A stretch of 63,507 bases of DNA, filler included, from Octopus bimaculoides (Eukaryota): the NCBI RefSeq assembly GCF_001194135.2. It is 6 parts of 6 records of this genome, joined end to end, with 100 filler letters (N's around TTAATTAATTAA, not from the genome) between each part and the next. Parts side by side here need not be neighbours in the genome. Positions count along the whole stretch, not along the records: positions 45,337 to 59,833 come from NC_068984.1; positions 59,934 to 63,507 come from NC_068987.1; 4 more parts are not named here. One strand, 5' to 3'. The notes beneath the pieces were generated by a model that saw nothing but the letters and a program-made list of their open reading frames with translations, was not told the DNA's origin and ran no database searches. Position numbers and translations under genes: made by a program. Numbering within the stretch: the stretch's first letter is position 1; every line of letters begins with the position of its first letter. Positions 46,831 through 60,444 of the stretch are shown piece after piece.

Positions 46831-47673
46831 CTACTCTCATTTGGATGGGCTGGGTTGCGCTGGTCATCCACACAGTGTTCACAACCCTGCAGCAGTAGGT
46901 TAAGTATATATTTTTATTGCTTGGGAAGTAAAAACTCTTCCTGAATTGTATTGCATAAGTTTGTTTTGTTATGGGGATTCTGCTTCAGTCTTTTGTTCTA
47001 TTAGTGTGTGATTTGCGAGTTATATTCTTCTGTTGGGTATCAGCAGCAACATTAAGAAATAGATTCGCCTCTTCAGTGTGATTTTTTTGACAGAACACAG
47101 CTTCCGGCTGTGTGCTGGTGCTTTCATTATTGCGCTTGGTCAAGGATCACAGAACGAAATTCATCACCATTTCTTGAGAGCTTTATCAACGAGCACAGAT
47201 GTCCCTTTCGACTGTTTAAAAAGAAATTAAAGAAACTTGTTGCAGCTTTCTTTAAAGACATTTAAATATCGTGCGTTCGATGCTTGTTTGCTCTATGCAC
47301 ATATAGAGGCTACTACGTGTTCGCATGCAAATTGTATAAACACATATTATATTGGTTGCCGTATAATCGAGAAATGGCTATATGCATACGTGTATAACGA
47401 GTATACATTTATATATGATTGGGTCTAGTACTCAAAATTTCGTTCTCAGTTCCAATGTAAATAGTTGTTGCAGCCCACGTGTTCTTTACACATTCAGGCA
47501 TAAATTTTGCTGCAATACCGTATAATTTTGATATCGTAATTCTACATGTTGTTCACAAATTTTCATAAAACCTTTTGTTTCCTTGCGATGGTTTACATTA
47601 ATAAGTAGTTTTTTGTTTTTGTTTTTTGTTTTTGCTTTGTTTTTTTGCACTATTTAGCTTTTCTTAAATCCAG

Positions 47674-47727
47674 CTTGATGATGCTCACAGATTTAGGTCA
47701 GGGGGCTCGGTGATGTGCGTCCATCGT
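47674..47727 (+). CDS. Candidate small exon of an unidentified plus-strand gene
   Basis: Long T-rich tract, then AATCCAG|...CGT|GTACGT; 54 nt, open only in phase 0 (LDDAHRFRSGGSVMCVHR). Confidence 0.3.
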
Positions 47728-49812
47728 GTACGTTATTTACTGCTTCTGAATAGTCTAAATTTTCGTGCCAACAATGCATCTTAGTGATTTTCTCATCACT
47801 ATTTCACCATGCACAGTAGAGCTTATACTTCATAGATTAGACTCTTTAAGTCTGAAGCAAATCGGGAGTTATTTACAAGAATAAAGTTGCCAATAAAAAT
47901 AAAATAAATTATTGAAATAATATTTTTTTCTTTCGCCTCATAATTATTTCTAATTAATTGTCTGCTTGTCACTGCATTAAAAATCTTAATACTAACTTCA
48001 TTTTTTTTCTGAAACTGAGATGGAGCTTCCTTTTTCTCTCGTTTTGGGAATATATTTGTATGTAATTAAACTTTAGCTTCGAAACGTTTAACTTCAGGGG
48101 TCTAGGGATGATTTAGAGATATCTTATCGTTATGTTCACGAAAAAATTATTTCAGCAACAATTATCAATTTTCGATATTTTATTATCAGCAGTAATAATA
48201 AAAATTAATGATTGTTCTCTTATCGATGATAATTTCTTTTTTTAATATTTAAACGTGGAAGTTTATTTTAATTTGCTACAGCAATTCCTTGTGTGGCTAT
48301 GTGCGTGCGTGTGTATTGAGAATTGTGTTATATTTTGCTGTAACTTTCATACATAATTATCTAGTTTGACGAGAATTCTGTATCACACAGATTTGTTATC
48401 AAGTAATGTTAGTGTCTCTTTTTTCATTTAGTTATGTTTCTTGCTATGTAGTTATCATGGATTTAATAGCTCCGTGTTAGCGATGCAGGGTCAATCGGTT
48501 CAAAAGTATGGTGATTATATTTCTATTCTGACAATGAAAGTCATGAAGTTTACAATATTCATATTTATATCTGAATTAGTAAACATTTGTAAAAGTGTTT
48601 AATCAAGGAATCGGAGGCAAGCAATTTGTTAATCACGAGAAAATGTGTATCAATGCATTTTTTGTTTGTTTTTTGTTACATAGTGCATCGATGTTATTCT
48701 GTTCTATAGTCATGGGGTACATAAGTTTTATAAAATACTCTGTCCGTTTATAGTTTGTATTTACTGCATTTTGTTTTGTTTCTATAGTGCTCAGTATGAA
48801 GGGTCAGTAGACTGTGTGGATTTTTTTTCTGGCAACTGTTTCTTTTATTCTCCATCGAAGTGTTTCTTTCATGAAAGAGATTTTGAGGATAGTTTGAAAT
48901 AGATATTGTATAACTGCTGTTTTCTATCTATGAAGATATTATCGAAGCGTGCACAGGAATATTTCAGTGAGCTTTTATGGAAGATGATATAACATTTGTT
49001 TATTATCTCATAATTTACGCCTCCTAATGGAATGGATGGATCACTAAAACTTTTATATAAGCTATTTTGGATTTGAAATGTGTTTTTTTGTTTTTTTTAA
49101 TACATGAACAGAAGTAAAACAAGTTTAAAGGCTTGCATCCGTTGTATAGAAATGTGCGCACGTTAAAATATAGCAAGAAATATATTAATGTGCATTATAA
49201 AGAACATGTAGAACATTACAACGATCCAAAGGGAAAGCTCCGTACTCAGAAGAAACAAAGATATACAGAGCCTTTAGATGATTAATCTACCGTGGAAGTT
49301 ATCAAACATGATACGTAAACGACAAAAACAGCGATTTCATCGAAGTTTTTAGTGATGAGAAATTTCATATGCGTGACGTAGAAGAACGAGTCTATAACTC
49401 TACAGAATTGACACAAAGAAATGAGAAAGACTTCCAGTGATAAACAAGTGGTTCTTTGCAATCGTCTCTTTCTGCTGGATTTAAAAGCAATACGCTGGTA
49501 GTCATGAGATTAGGGATAATGTCACCTGGTAAAGGGACACAAGTTACATGTTAGCATAGACTGGGTTGTATCCCCGTGAAGTGAAAGATTAAAGTGTTTG
49601 GTAAAAATACAACTGTCAATATCTCATGCTGTATACAAAAGAAGGCGCTACGACTCATTCACAAATCCACAGTTGACACTACAACCACAGACGCACTTCT
49701 CTTTTATATCTATCAACACTATTATCTGCGCCTCTGAACTAGTTAACAGAACGTGAAACATACTTGATCTTCTGTCTCACATAGTACAATCGACCTCTAT
49801 AGTTTTTCACAG

Positions 49813-49961
49813 CCTGCAAGCCTAGTGGATTCCGCCAGGAAATAATCCCCAAACCGGAGACCTCGCCCGAAGGTTTGCAACTGAGTGAACTGTGCCAAAG
49901 CAGCCAAGGAACAGGTGTTGGTGTTAAACCAAGCAATGGATTATGTACATCTAACCGCTAA
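49813..49961 (+). CDS. Candidate terminal exon of an unidentified plus-strand gene
   Basis: TTTTTCACAG| then a phase-1 reading xCKPSGFRQEIIPKPETSPEGLQLSELCQSSQGTGVGVKPSNGLCTSNR*. This is a GC-balanced island in AT-rich flanks, with ATTAAA near 50099. Confidence 0.3.
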
Positions 49962-51320
49962 GAACTCAGAGCGCAAGACGCTGAAACATATATCGCAAAA
50001 CGTTCTGTCCAACACTTCAACAATTCCAGCAATCTATCGTTCTGGAAGAAGATCTTTTGTTTTATCAGCCACGAAAAATACTTTTCAAAATATTCAGTAA
50101 TTAAAAAGCAGTTTAAAAAATACACAAAAATCGAAATTTGTTTTAATCTTGTGGAATTTATAATTATTTCTTTCTCTCTCATATTACACACACATTACTT
50201 ATGTTCCAAGGATGGTCATGCACTATAACATTTTGCTCACTATAACATTTTGCCTGCGTAAATAGACAAAGCGGGGAAACGGTAGTTTACACGGGTTTTT
50301 CTCAAATTCGTTGTATGTACATAGTTTTTTGTATGTAGGGTCTTCCTTCTATATGATCGTATATTGGCATTAGAGAATATATTTAATGGCTTTTCACATT
50401 TTATTTATTTATTTATTATTTATTTATATGTTATAATTGTGTATCATTACTTGGTTAGAGAATATTATAAAAATGAAAGGATTTTGTCTATCTATTTATT
50501 TCGACTGTCCTGCGACTGTGATTAAATTGACAAGGAACACTGTACGCGATGAATATCCAATACCAAACAATCTTAATCTCCATATTTAAACTATATTAAA
50601 ATTTGGCAAGCTTACTATTCTGAGTTACTTGAAAGGGGATGTTCCTTCCTCTTTCTTCTATTTGTCGATACCTTTGTTTACCTACCTAAGCGTTGTTTCA
50701 CTTTAAGGATGCTTATTTAGCCATCCATTATGATATTTCGAACGCGACATCTTTTCACTGAGAACTGCTAAAAATTCAAAGTAATATTTGTAAACTGAAG
50801 TCAAATTCTTCATGTCTTCATTTTTCTTTACCTGAAGTCAATTTTAGAGTTCGTACACTCTAATCACGTAGCAAATACATTCCTTTAACTCTACTTTTTT
50901 CAAGAACGTATCATATTGCTATTTTTGAACGTACCAATCCTACTTTTCTCCGAAAAAATAAACTGACTTTGCTGTTGAATAAAATAAACTGGCAGGGGGG
51001 AAGTTTCAACGTCTTCTTTCAAATTCTTTACATTTATGTGCCTGCTTCTGACAAGAAATTTCGCTTTCTTGTAAAACAACCATATTTTGTAGTCAGCCGT
51101 AATGTACTCCCAAAATACTTCAATAGCTCTACTTTGCATCGCTTGCAAACTTATATGTTCTATGATCATTAAAATGCAGCGACCTCAACAATAACCAGCC
51201 TTCAGTTTGGTCTTCTGTTGCTGGGTTAATAGGAAACATAGATTGCCGTGCTACTCATAAACCTTCTCGGTAGTTCAATTATTTTTGGGGGGGGGGGGGA
51301 ACACCATGAAAGCAACTTAA

Positions 51321-51350
51321 ACCGTCCAAAGGACGGGTGCGTTTGCTAGT
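51321..51350 (+). mobile_element. Helitron-like 3' terminus
   Basis: Hairpin CCGTCC-AAA-GGACGG followed about 9 nt later by CTAG|T. The 5' TC end was not located. Confidence 0.5.
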
Positions 51351-52739
51351 TATAAATATTAGGAAGAGATGTTTTCACTAAAAATATTTGCTTACACAAT
51401 TTAGACATTATATCATTGCATTTGAGAAAGTAATGTGCTATACCAAAGATATACTGATATACACATTCACCATAAACAAGAGATTTAAGGAAGTTCAGAG
51501 ATAGAAATCTTCAAACAAACTTTATTTGTAAGTAATTTTTAATGAGAAAAATATGTGTATATGTGAATGTGCGCATGCATGTGTGCGTGTTTGTTCTATA
51601 GTTTCATATATATATTCATGCAGGTGTAGATATTGTTACATATATACTTAGTAATACATTATTTAAATGTATCCAATTCTTCAACATAGCAGTCTATTTC
51701 CTCTCTTACATTTTTTTGTATAGGTAGCTGCACAAACAGGTCTGGTGCTATAAGTTTATCTATGATATATTTTCTGATTTACACATTTATGTAACAGAAA
51801 ATTAAACACTATATATATATATAGATTATATGAAATTTCGCTGCCCAACTAATTTTCGATCTCGAGTAATTTGCAGCAAGTATATTTCTAATATTTCATC
51901 GGGGATTAACTTAATCGAATCTTACTTTCAGTTTATATTTGAAAGAAATGACTTTATATTTTCTTAAAAGATCAGGTTTTACATAAACATTTTGTTAGGT
52001 TCTTACGTAACTAAACTTCCATTTTTATGACATCATAGTAAATTATTTATCAACAACAGAAATCTGAAAATACTGATTTTGCGCCATCTCTTTTTCCCTC
52101 TTACATTTTTCACCTCCTTGACGTGAAACGATATACTTGAAAATTTCGAGTGCATTTGAAGCAATCACTTGTCGAATAGGATGTTGATAGTTATCTTTTG
52201 ATACATGTCAAAGAATTTAGCAGAAACCACAGTCGTACTAGTATTTGAAGCTACCTTTGCAAACAGGAAAATTACTTAAAGCTCGTACTTTTAAGTGCTC
52301 TTCCTGCCAATAATTGATTCTAAAGCATTAAATATATTTTTTATAAAATCATATCGTGATATTATTTCGGTCCTCTTTTTTCAAAAAAGGCAGCAGATAA
52401 ATTCCTTTCCAATACTTTATTTGCTCAACTATAATTTTGTACTGAACAAGATAGAGCGAAGATAACAAGCAAGTACAATGCAGCCAAACAAAATTTAAAA
52501 TAATGCGTCTTCTTTTTTTTTTTTAATAGAATAATGACTTATCACATTGGTTCAATGGGTAAAGAATAGTCAATTAAACTAGTTCTATTTATTATTATTA
52601 CTGGTAATTATTCATTTGACACTGGGGGCGAGATAAGTACACGGCTACCCCAAATAACTTAGTCCACCACTTAAATGTTTCTGCTATTTTTCTACATTTT
52701 GAACTAAAAACAAAACATAATTGAGTTTGATTTAATAAC

Positions 52740-52930
52740 AAGGACAACAGATTTGATGTGAGAAGTGCTCAGACCCGAAGCTCAAAGGGTACTTTATTTT
52801 ATTCATCCCGGAAGGATGAAATGCAAAGGTGACTTTGGCAGAATTTGAAATCAGAACATAATGAGTCGGACGAAATATCAGAATTTATTCTTCTCTGCCA
52901 CTCTAACAATTCTGACAATCAGTTGTCCTT
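52740..52930 (-). mobile_element. SINE family C
   Basis: CCCGGAAGGATGAAATGCAAAGGTGACTTTGGCAGAATTTGAAATCAGAAC. Confidence 0.7.
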
Positions 52931-53011
52931 GAACCCCACAGGATTTGGACTAAATAATAATAAATAATAAAAAAAAACAAAATAGTTTTAAACTGGTGTG
53001 AAGCTCTATGT

Positions 53012-53060
<49 letters not shown>

Positions 53061-54379
53061 AATCTTTGATCTTCTTAAATATTTCTCCTCCGACTAAGAA
53101 CATTTAAATTTACGCAGTACATACATACACACATACATACTGGCTGTGTCCCAGCATGGCACAACCTTAGGGCTGAAGCATATAAAAGAATAAAAGAATA
53201 TATACAGACAGTCAGATATATATATATATGGGTACAGGACGTCACCAGCTGTTTAAACAGCATGAAGTACGAAAATCAATGAGTTAAATACGCAAACAAC
53301 GAAAGGAAAAATGGAAAACAGGACAAGTAACATAAAGAAGGACCCTTCATCAGTTGTAGGCTGTTTATCTACTCCTCATTTCGAGCATTCAACAACAATA
53401 TAAGTCTTCGAAGACAGTTGCTCTCATAAATTCCGAAATAAAAATTTGGATTTATGGAGGGTCAAAGTTGGGAACAAAAACAGGGCAGTGGAGACATACA
53501 AGGTAACCGAACGAAAACAAACATGGAGGATCGTTAGACCAGAACGAGAAGAAAATAGTAAAGGCAAGGAGAAATATTTTCTTTGAAAAGAGAAAAGATA
53601 GAAGAAAGAGATAGATAGAAATAGAAGAGAGAGAGAGATAGAAGACGTCCAGTCCTGAGAACGTCATGCAGGAAAAGAAAAATAGTCACGTGAGGAAAAG
53701 AAAGATGAACGAAGGTCACGTACGAGCTACGAGAGAGAGAAAAAGTGAAAGAAGGGAGAGAGTGAAGCAGATAGAAATCGGTGAAGGGGAGAAAATGGGA
53801 ATTAGAAAAGGATGGGGGAGAAAACAGTATAGAGTAGAGTCGCATAAAAATGGTTAAGATAAATTTACTTGGAAATGGATGCGTCGCGTTCAATTAAATA
53901 TTATAAGTAATATATATATATATATATATATATATANNNNNNNNNNNNNNNNNNNNNNNNNNNNNNNNNNNNNNNNNNNNNNNNNNNNNNNNNNNNNNNN
54001 NNNNNNNNNNNNNNNNNNNNNAGGTCATGTCTAACTCAATAGCACTACCCAGTGAAGCTTTTTAGTTATATATGGGGCACTATAGCCCACTCTAGCAAAG
54101 AGTTATTATTGTTGGAGACACATCCGGGTGTAGGAGGTTGGCCGGGATTTTTTGTAGAAATTTGTCTAGTGAACATTTGGATTTTTTATGGGATTCGTTT
54201 ACGTTTTGACGTATTTTGGTATGGTATTAAAGAAAGCTGGACCGGTTGAGGTAAAGTAATTGTGACGTAATGTTGCTATGTGTACCGAGTTCGATTTAAT
54301 ATTTTCCACATAACACAAATGAGGTAACGTTCCCGGCGACATTGGAGAGAGAAGTGATTGAGTTTTTTAGTCGATCCCA

Positions 54380-54590
54380 ATAATCAATGCCCCTCATACC
54401 GTCGATCTTTCATGTTATGGACCTCTGGAGTGTTTCTACTTTCATAATGAGTTGCTTCGTATTGGGCGTACCACAGTTGGTAACAGTACTCAAGGTGGGG
54501 TCGGGCAACAGTAGAGTAGAGAAGGATGATGGTGTAGGCATCACTAGATCGGAAAGTTCTCAGAATCCAGGAGCACATGTACAGCCACTA
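54380..54590 (-). mobile_element. CR1-group LINE fragment
   Basis: WILRTFRSSDAYTIILLYSTVARPHLEYCYQLW is the post-RT CR1 motif LY..LVRPHLEYC.Q.W. Confidence 0.8.
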
Positions 54591-54753
54591 CACATTCTTT
54601 ATTTTCTCTCCTTGTTTCTTTTTGTGTTCTTTTCTGTGCAAGAGCGTAGGCTCGAAACATTAAAAACTTTTTCACTTTACTTAAAGTATCTTAGGTGTGG
54701 AAGGCGACCACCTCCTTTCAGGTACGGAGTCAAAGATCGGAATCTGTATGAGG

Positions 54754-54796
<43 letters not shown>

Positions 54797-55449
54797 CGTG
54801 CGTATGCACATACACACACACACACGTATATTCTATTTGTGTCTATTTATGTATATCTATAGGGTCATTGAAAAGCTTCCTTACATGTGAATAAGTGTCT
54901 TAACCACAAGCAATTTATCTTTAAAATAACATAATGCAGGAGGAAATTTGTTAATTGCTGTATCTTTCTTCTATAAGCATACTGAACACGACGGTAAAAT
55001 TCTTTTCAATATTTTATGAGTTATTAAAAGAATTATTTCTACTATGCATAGCATTGTCTGCGTTAAATTTATATTCGTATCAGTTTTCTATTTCTATATA
55101 AAACTTTTCAGCATCAAATACAGTAGACTTTACAAATACTGGTTCATTGAATTATTCATACAGATAATGAGTTATATAATGACATACTATTAATAAAACG
55201 TTAAACAAAAGACTTCCTGGACAAGTCCACGAACATATGCTTACTTATATATGAAATATATGGTGATGAAATTTTTGTTGCTTAAGGTTATTTTATTGCA
55301 AATAGTATAGAACAACGGTATTTTACTAGTATTCAAGTAGAATTTATTTTGAAAATTGTAGTAGTTGTACAATTGTATAAAAAAATCAAGAAGAACAATC
55401 TTGAAGTTTTGTAATATTCTACTTGTATCACAGTTATTTGTATTGACTA

Positions 55450-57130
55450 CATCTCATTAATTGTTGTATATGATTTTACAGGTAAGATAACGATGGCTGA
55501 TTGGTTTTGTTATGCCTATGGACTTTGCAGAATACGAAATATTATGTCGCATATACAAGTACTTCGGTATTCCCATTGGAGACCTCGACAAGCCTTGAGC
55601 TCCAAATGTAATGTGATAGTTTGAAATCTATGGATACATGGCAGCAGGAATTGCATGTCATTTACTATTCCGAGAACCTATCAAGAACTGATGCACTGCT
55701 TAAACAACTGCAATTTCTGCATGGTACATGTACCTACTTACAAAGGATGATAAGATAGGAAGAAGCTAAGTCTGTCCAAGCATTTAATTATCATCGATTG
55801 CATCAAATTTCATTCTCGTCCATATTCTGAATCAACTGATGAGTTTGATATCGGAACGTCGGATCATGTCAAAGATTGATAAGACGTAGAAGAAGAGGAT
55901 GCTAATGTGAAGAACCCCACTAAAAAAAAAACAGTAATGAAACCTACCGGAGGCAGAAACTATAATTTCGAGCTAAGAAATATAGCAGGCAGCTTTTGCT
56001 CACTTGAATTCATTGTCTGAGTTGCTATGATTTTGTAATTTTGTTTAAGCGATTGATCTTAGCCACCGTCTCGGTCAAGGGTGTCTTCTAATTGGCACCT
56101 CTGTAAGAAGTCTGAAAGAAATACTACTCCACAACGGCAACCAGTATCCATCTATCCATATTGGTCGTATACGTGCATGAAAAGATCAATTATGATGACT
56201 ACAAACGGGTTGAATCTAGTAATTTTAAGATGTTGATATTTCTCTGATTGTGGAACATATACTAAGTACCTTTTCTTGATGTGCTTTGGAGTAGCAGAGA
56301 TAGAGAAAAATATTGTGTGAAACAAGAACGTCGAAAAGGATCGTCTCTGCAGCCGAACACACAAAGTGTAAGTCATGATGATAAAAAATACGGGGATAAA
56401 TTTTTTCTACATCTGTTCCACACAAAAGACTTGGCCTTACAAAACAATTCATTACAGCCTTCGCCCAGAATAAGAAAGTCTATGCTAACATATGAACGTT
56501 GTTTCTGAAGTTGTTTGATACAAATCTGCTACTGGCCTGTTTTTTGGACTTCAGACGAAGGATATACTTGCATTCAAAACTTTTCTTATGAAAATGACAA
56601 TGGTAGAAAGAAAAAAAAAACGATGTTAAATTGTACTCCAGAATAATGTTAATAGGTCTCTAATCAACAGAAACCCTAAGTGATCGATTGAATATTCAAT
56701 ATAAAAAAATTATACAAATTCGTTAAACTATACAAATTTCACATTTGATATTTCTGAGGAGCAGAAGAGTTATCTATAAATGCTTATCAATATAGGACTC
56801 TATTATTCTATATTATCTAAGTCTATGAACTATATTCGGAATACAGGACAATATAATGCATTTTACATATAACTATTATGGATTATTGCAGAAGACTTAC
56901 CAAGGAAGCATATATGGATTTAAAGACTCTCATACTAAAGTGTACATACCAAAATCAAAAACAGTAATTTTAAAATTTTAATTTATATTTCAAACAAACA
57001 CCGTTTTCCCATATTACCTCATATTTTTCAAAAACTACCATTCGATAAATTCTACAAATTTCACATTTTATATCTCTGAAGAGCAGAAGAGCTGTCTATA
57101 AATGCTTATCAATATAGGATTCCATTATAG
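55450..57130 (+). mobile_element. Degenerate DNA transposase, probably Chapaev3/CMC-type
   Basis: Frame-broken motifs SLKEILLHNGNQYPSI (56105-56155), YTKY..LMCLWSSRDR (56255-56305), RLGLTKQFITAF (56425-56460) and a C-terminal H.DISEEQ block duplicated at about 56735 and 57060. The superfamily name is from recalled motif similarity only. Confidence 0.6.
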
Positions 57131-57249
57131 GGACAGCACTTCTGCGAAACGATCGTAAGATGCTTTATAAAATTAATTCGAAACTTTTAAACTGTCATAT
57201 TTATTATTATGTATTTATACTTATACATATTTACATATATTTATATATA

Positions 57250-57650
57250 CTCTTTTACTCTTTTACCTGTTTCAGTCATTTGACTGTGACCATGCTGGAG
57301 TACCGCCTTTAGTCGAACAAATCGACCCCAAGACTTATTCTTTGTAAGCCTAGTACTTATTCTATCGGTCTCTTTTGCCGAACCACTGAGTTATGGGGAC
57401 GTAAACACGCCAGCATCGGTTGTCAAGCGATGTTAGGAGGACAAACACAGACACACAAATAGACATATATATATATACATATACACACATACGACGGGCT
57501 TCTTTCAGTTTCCGCCTACTAAATCCACTCACAAGGCTTTGGTCGGCCCGAGCTTATAGTAGAAGAGACTTGCCCAAGGTGCCACGCAGTGGGACTGAAG
57601 CCGGAACCATGTGGTTGGTAAGCAAGCTATTTACCACACAGCCACTCCAA
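57250..57650 (-). mobile_element. Full-length SINE family B
   Basis: Tail TACTCTTTTACTC at 57248 through head CACAGCCACTCC at about 57648. Confidence 0.9.
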
Positions 57651-57840
57651 TATTTATATTTTTAATACAACAATTATTTTACACACGTATATCTCTCTCT
57701 GAAGAATTGTTTAATAATGATTTCCTGATATTAATGATAATATATTATATAAAATTTATATTAAAAAAATTATGTATTCATACAACTAAATCGTAAAAAA
57801 CAAAAGAAACAAGAAAAAATTAGTTTTCCTAATAAAACCA

Positions 57841-58098
57841 ATACGACCACGGCAATAAATATCGAAGAAATTTATATTTCAATTGCAACATCCATTGCAA
57901 TTTCACTACAACTATCACTAACTATTAACTGTATTTTGTTTTTAATTACTGTTAATTAAAATACTGTTAGTTAGGATACGACCATGGAAATAAATATCGA
58001 ATAAATGTTTATTTCGATTACAACCTCCATTGCAAATTCGCTACAAATATCACTAACTCTTAACTGTATTCAATTTTTAATTACTGTTAATTAAAATG
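57841..58098. repeat. About 135-bp AT-rich tandem duplication
   Basis: ATACGACCA.GG.AATAAATATCGAA...TTACTGTTAATTAAAAT at 57841 and 57976. Confidence 0.85.
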
Positions 58099-58802
58099 CG
58101 GGATAGCCTCCCCTGATACATTTGACTCGAATTTATTATTTAACTAATGATTTTTTTCTCCTTACTAGAGGTGCGCTTTTAATTAAATAAAAATTTGTTA
58201 ATCATTGTGGTTTTAAATAAGGTTTTGCTTAATTTATTATTTCTTGCTAAAAATGGAGGACACAAAGTTGACATTTGTTGAGAATAAAAGAGATCGAAAG
58301 ATTACCTTTGTTACTGTAGTGAGCTGTTCGGACAATTTACTGTGTTTAAAGTACTGTGAATAAGCTTATTATAATGAAGCACAAGCATAGACAGTCGTAA
58401 TACTAGGTGCGGTATGACCAAACGCACAGGATTCGATGACTTTCTGTCATGTAGGTTGAATTCAACATATAACGTGTTATTGCAAAGTCAGCCAGCCGTT
58501 TGAGATGGATATTTACCTGTTCCTATTTAGATAAATAGCAATTGAAAATATATAGATAGTTCCTTTGAGTAGCGTAGTCGGGAAGCAACATTTACCAGCC
58601 AATTTCTTCGTCGCTCATTTGTATCTATCGAGGATTTATCATATAAATTACTCTCTTTACGTGAAATTGTATCAAATGGTAGTGGCAACGGTAAGCAGAT
58701 GTTTGGAATGCTTATGTAATTATTTCATTATTAATTTATAAATTTTAGCTTTCAGAATAATCTAAATCCTATACTCAAAAATATTAATTAAACTTTTCGA
58801 GC

Positions 58803-58852
<50 letters not shown>

Positions 58853-59289
58853 TGAAGGAGACACACAGGAAATATTAAAATTTATATACATAAATCAATA
58901 AATAAAGAGACAAGAAAATATTAATCTGTTATCAAATTTTTCCAGAGATATCATATACAAACAGGTGTGCTTTATTTAAGAGATATTTACAAGTTACTTT
59001 TTGCTACGTTTATAACATTGTTACGTTATTTAAGAGAATTTTCCAACAAATGTTGAGTAAGCTGTTTTAAATTCAAATATGGTTTAAACGAATAAGCATC
59101 AGTAGCAGATGCAGCAGCAGCAGCAACAATAGTGGCAGCAAAACCAACAGCAGTAGAAGTATTACTGGTGATGGCAGATAATATCGCAGATGATCACAAG
59201 TAAACAAGCACTTTTTTTCAGAACTATATAAATAATAGTAATAGCAAACTAATAATAACGACGACGACAACAACAATAACAACAATAAT

Positions 59290-59495
59290 AATGATAATAA
59301 AGCCTGATATTTTGGGCGGATGAGAGTAGTCGAGTACATCGACCCCAGTATTTCACTGGCACTTAATTTATCAACCCCGAAAAGATGAAAGGCAAAGTCG
59401 ACGTCAGCGGAATATGAACTCTGAAGGTAAAGACGGACGAAATCCCGTTAAGCATTTTGTCAGGCGAGCTAAAGATTCTGCCAGCTTGCCGCTTT
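59290..59495 (-). mobile_element. SINE family C
   Basis: GACCCCAGTATTTCACTGGCACTTAATTTATCAACCCCGAAAAGATGAAAGGCAAAGTCGACG...GATTCTGCCAGCTTGCCGC. Confidence 0.85.
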
Positions 59496-59507
59496 ACCAC
59501 CACCACC

Positions 59508-59562
<55 letters not shown>

Positions 59563-59574
59563 TTACTACTACTA

Positions 59575-59833
59575 CACCATTCAAACTGACAGAAAGATAG
59601 ACGCAAATAGGTCAGACATCATACTGAAAGACTTCAGACAACTATCATGCCTCCTCATTGATATGAATGTCCCAATCGATATAAACGTATCTGTCAAGAC
59701 CTACCAAAAACTGAGAAAATATAAAGATCTTGAAATAGAAATTAGCAAAATGTGGAATCTGAAGACGAAAACAATACCTATTGTCATAGGTGCCCTGGGA
59801 ATGACAGCGAAACGGGCTGATTACTACCTAGCT
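59575..59833 (+). mobile_element. R4/Dong-type restriction-like endonuclease domain fragment
   Basis: IQTDRKIDANRSDIILKD...CLLIDMNVPIDIN...QKLRKYKDLEIEISKMW...IPIVIGALG matches R(P)DI...ID...P.D.N...K..KY.DL...VIGALG. Confidence 0.85.
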
Positions 59834-60444
59834 NNNNNNNNNNNNNNNNNNNNNNNNNNNNNNNNNNNNNNNNNNNNTTAATTAATTAANNNNNNNNNNN
59901 NNNNNNNNNNNNNNNNNNNNNNNNNNNNNNNNNTATATATATATATATATATATCCATATATATCCATGCACACATGCGCACACACGCATACACATATGG
60001 AATATGTTACTAATACCCCTGTGGATATTACGTACGCATGCACGCAAACGCGCAGACTTCTGTATATTCGTACATACTTACTTTCGCTCATATACCCCAA
60101 CATTTATTTACACATTGACATACAAATACATATATAAACATACATACGTTCGTAAATACATATTTGTTGTGATACATTTTTGCATGCAAACAAGCGTGTT
60201 CGCACGCCTGGATGCTGGCAATGCATTTAATGATGCCCATAAAACGAGCTGTAAAAGTTGCGATGTACAAATAAAGGCGTACATAAACTCCACCCACTTG
60301 TTGGTGTTGGGTATATATGTTCACTATATACACGGTTAGTTATATGTGAATTTATTATATATAGATAGAAACACAGAAAGGTTAGCGTAATCGTAAATAA
60401 TTGCATAAATATATTCACACATATATACATACGTACATATATTC

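Noticed and set aside
58252-58365. Short ORF MEDTKLTFVENKRDRKITF, faintly like a FLYWCH/MULE N-terminus
   Set aside because: Stops after about 36 aa and no downstream transposase motifs were found.
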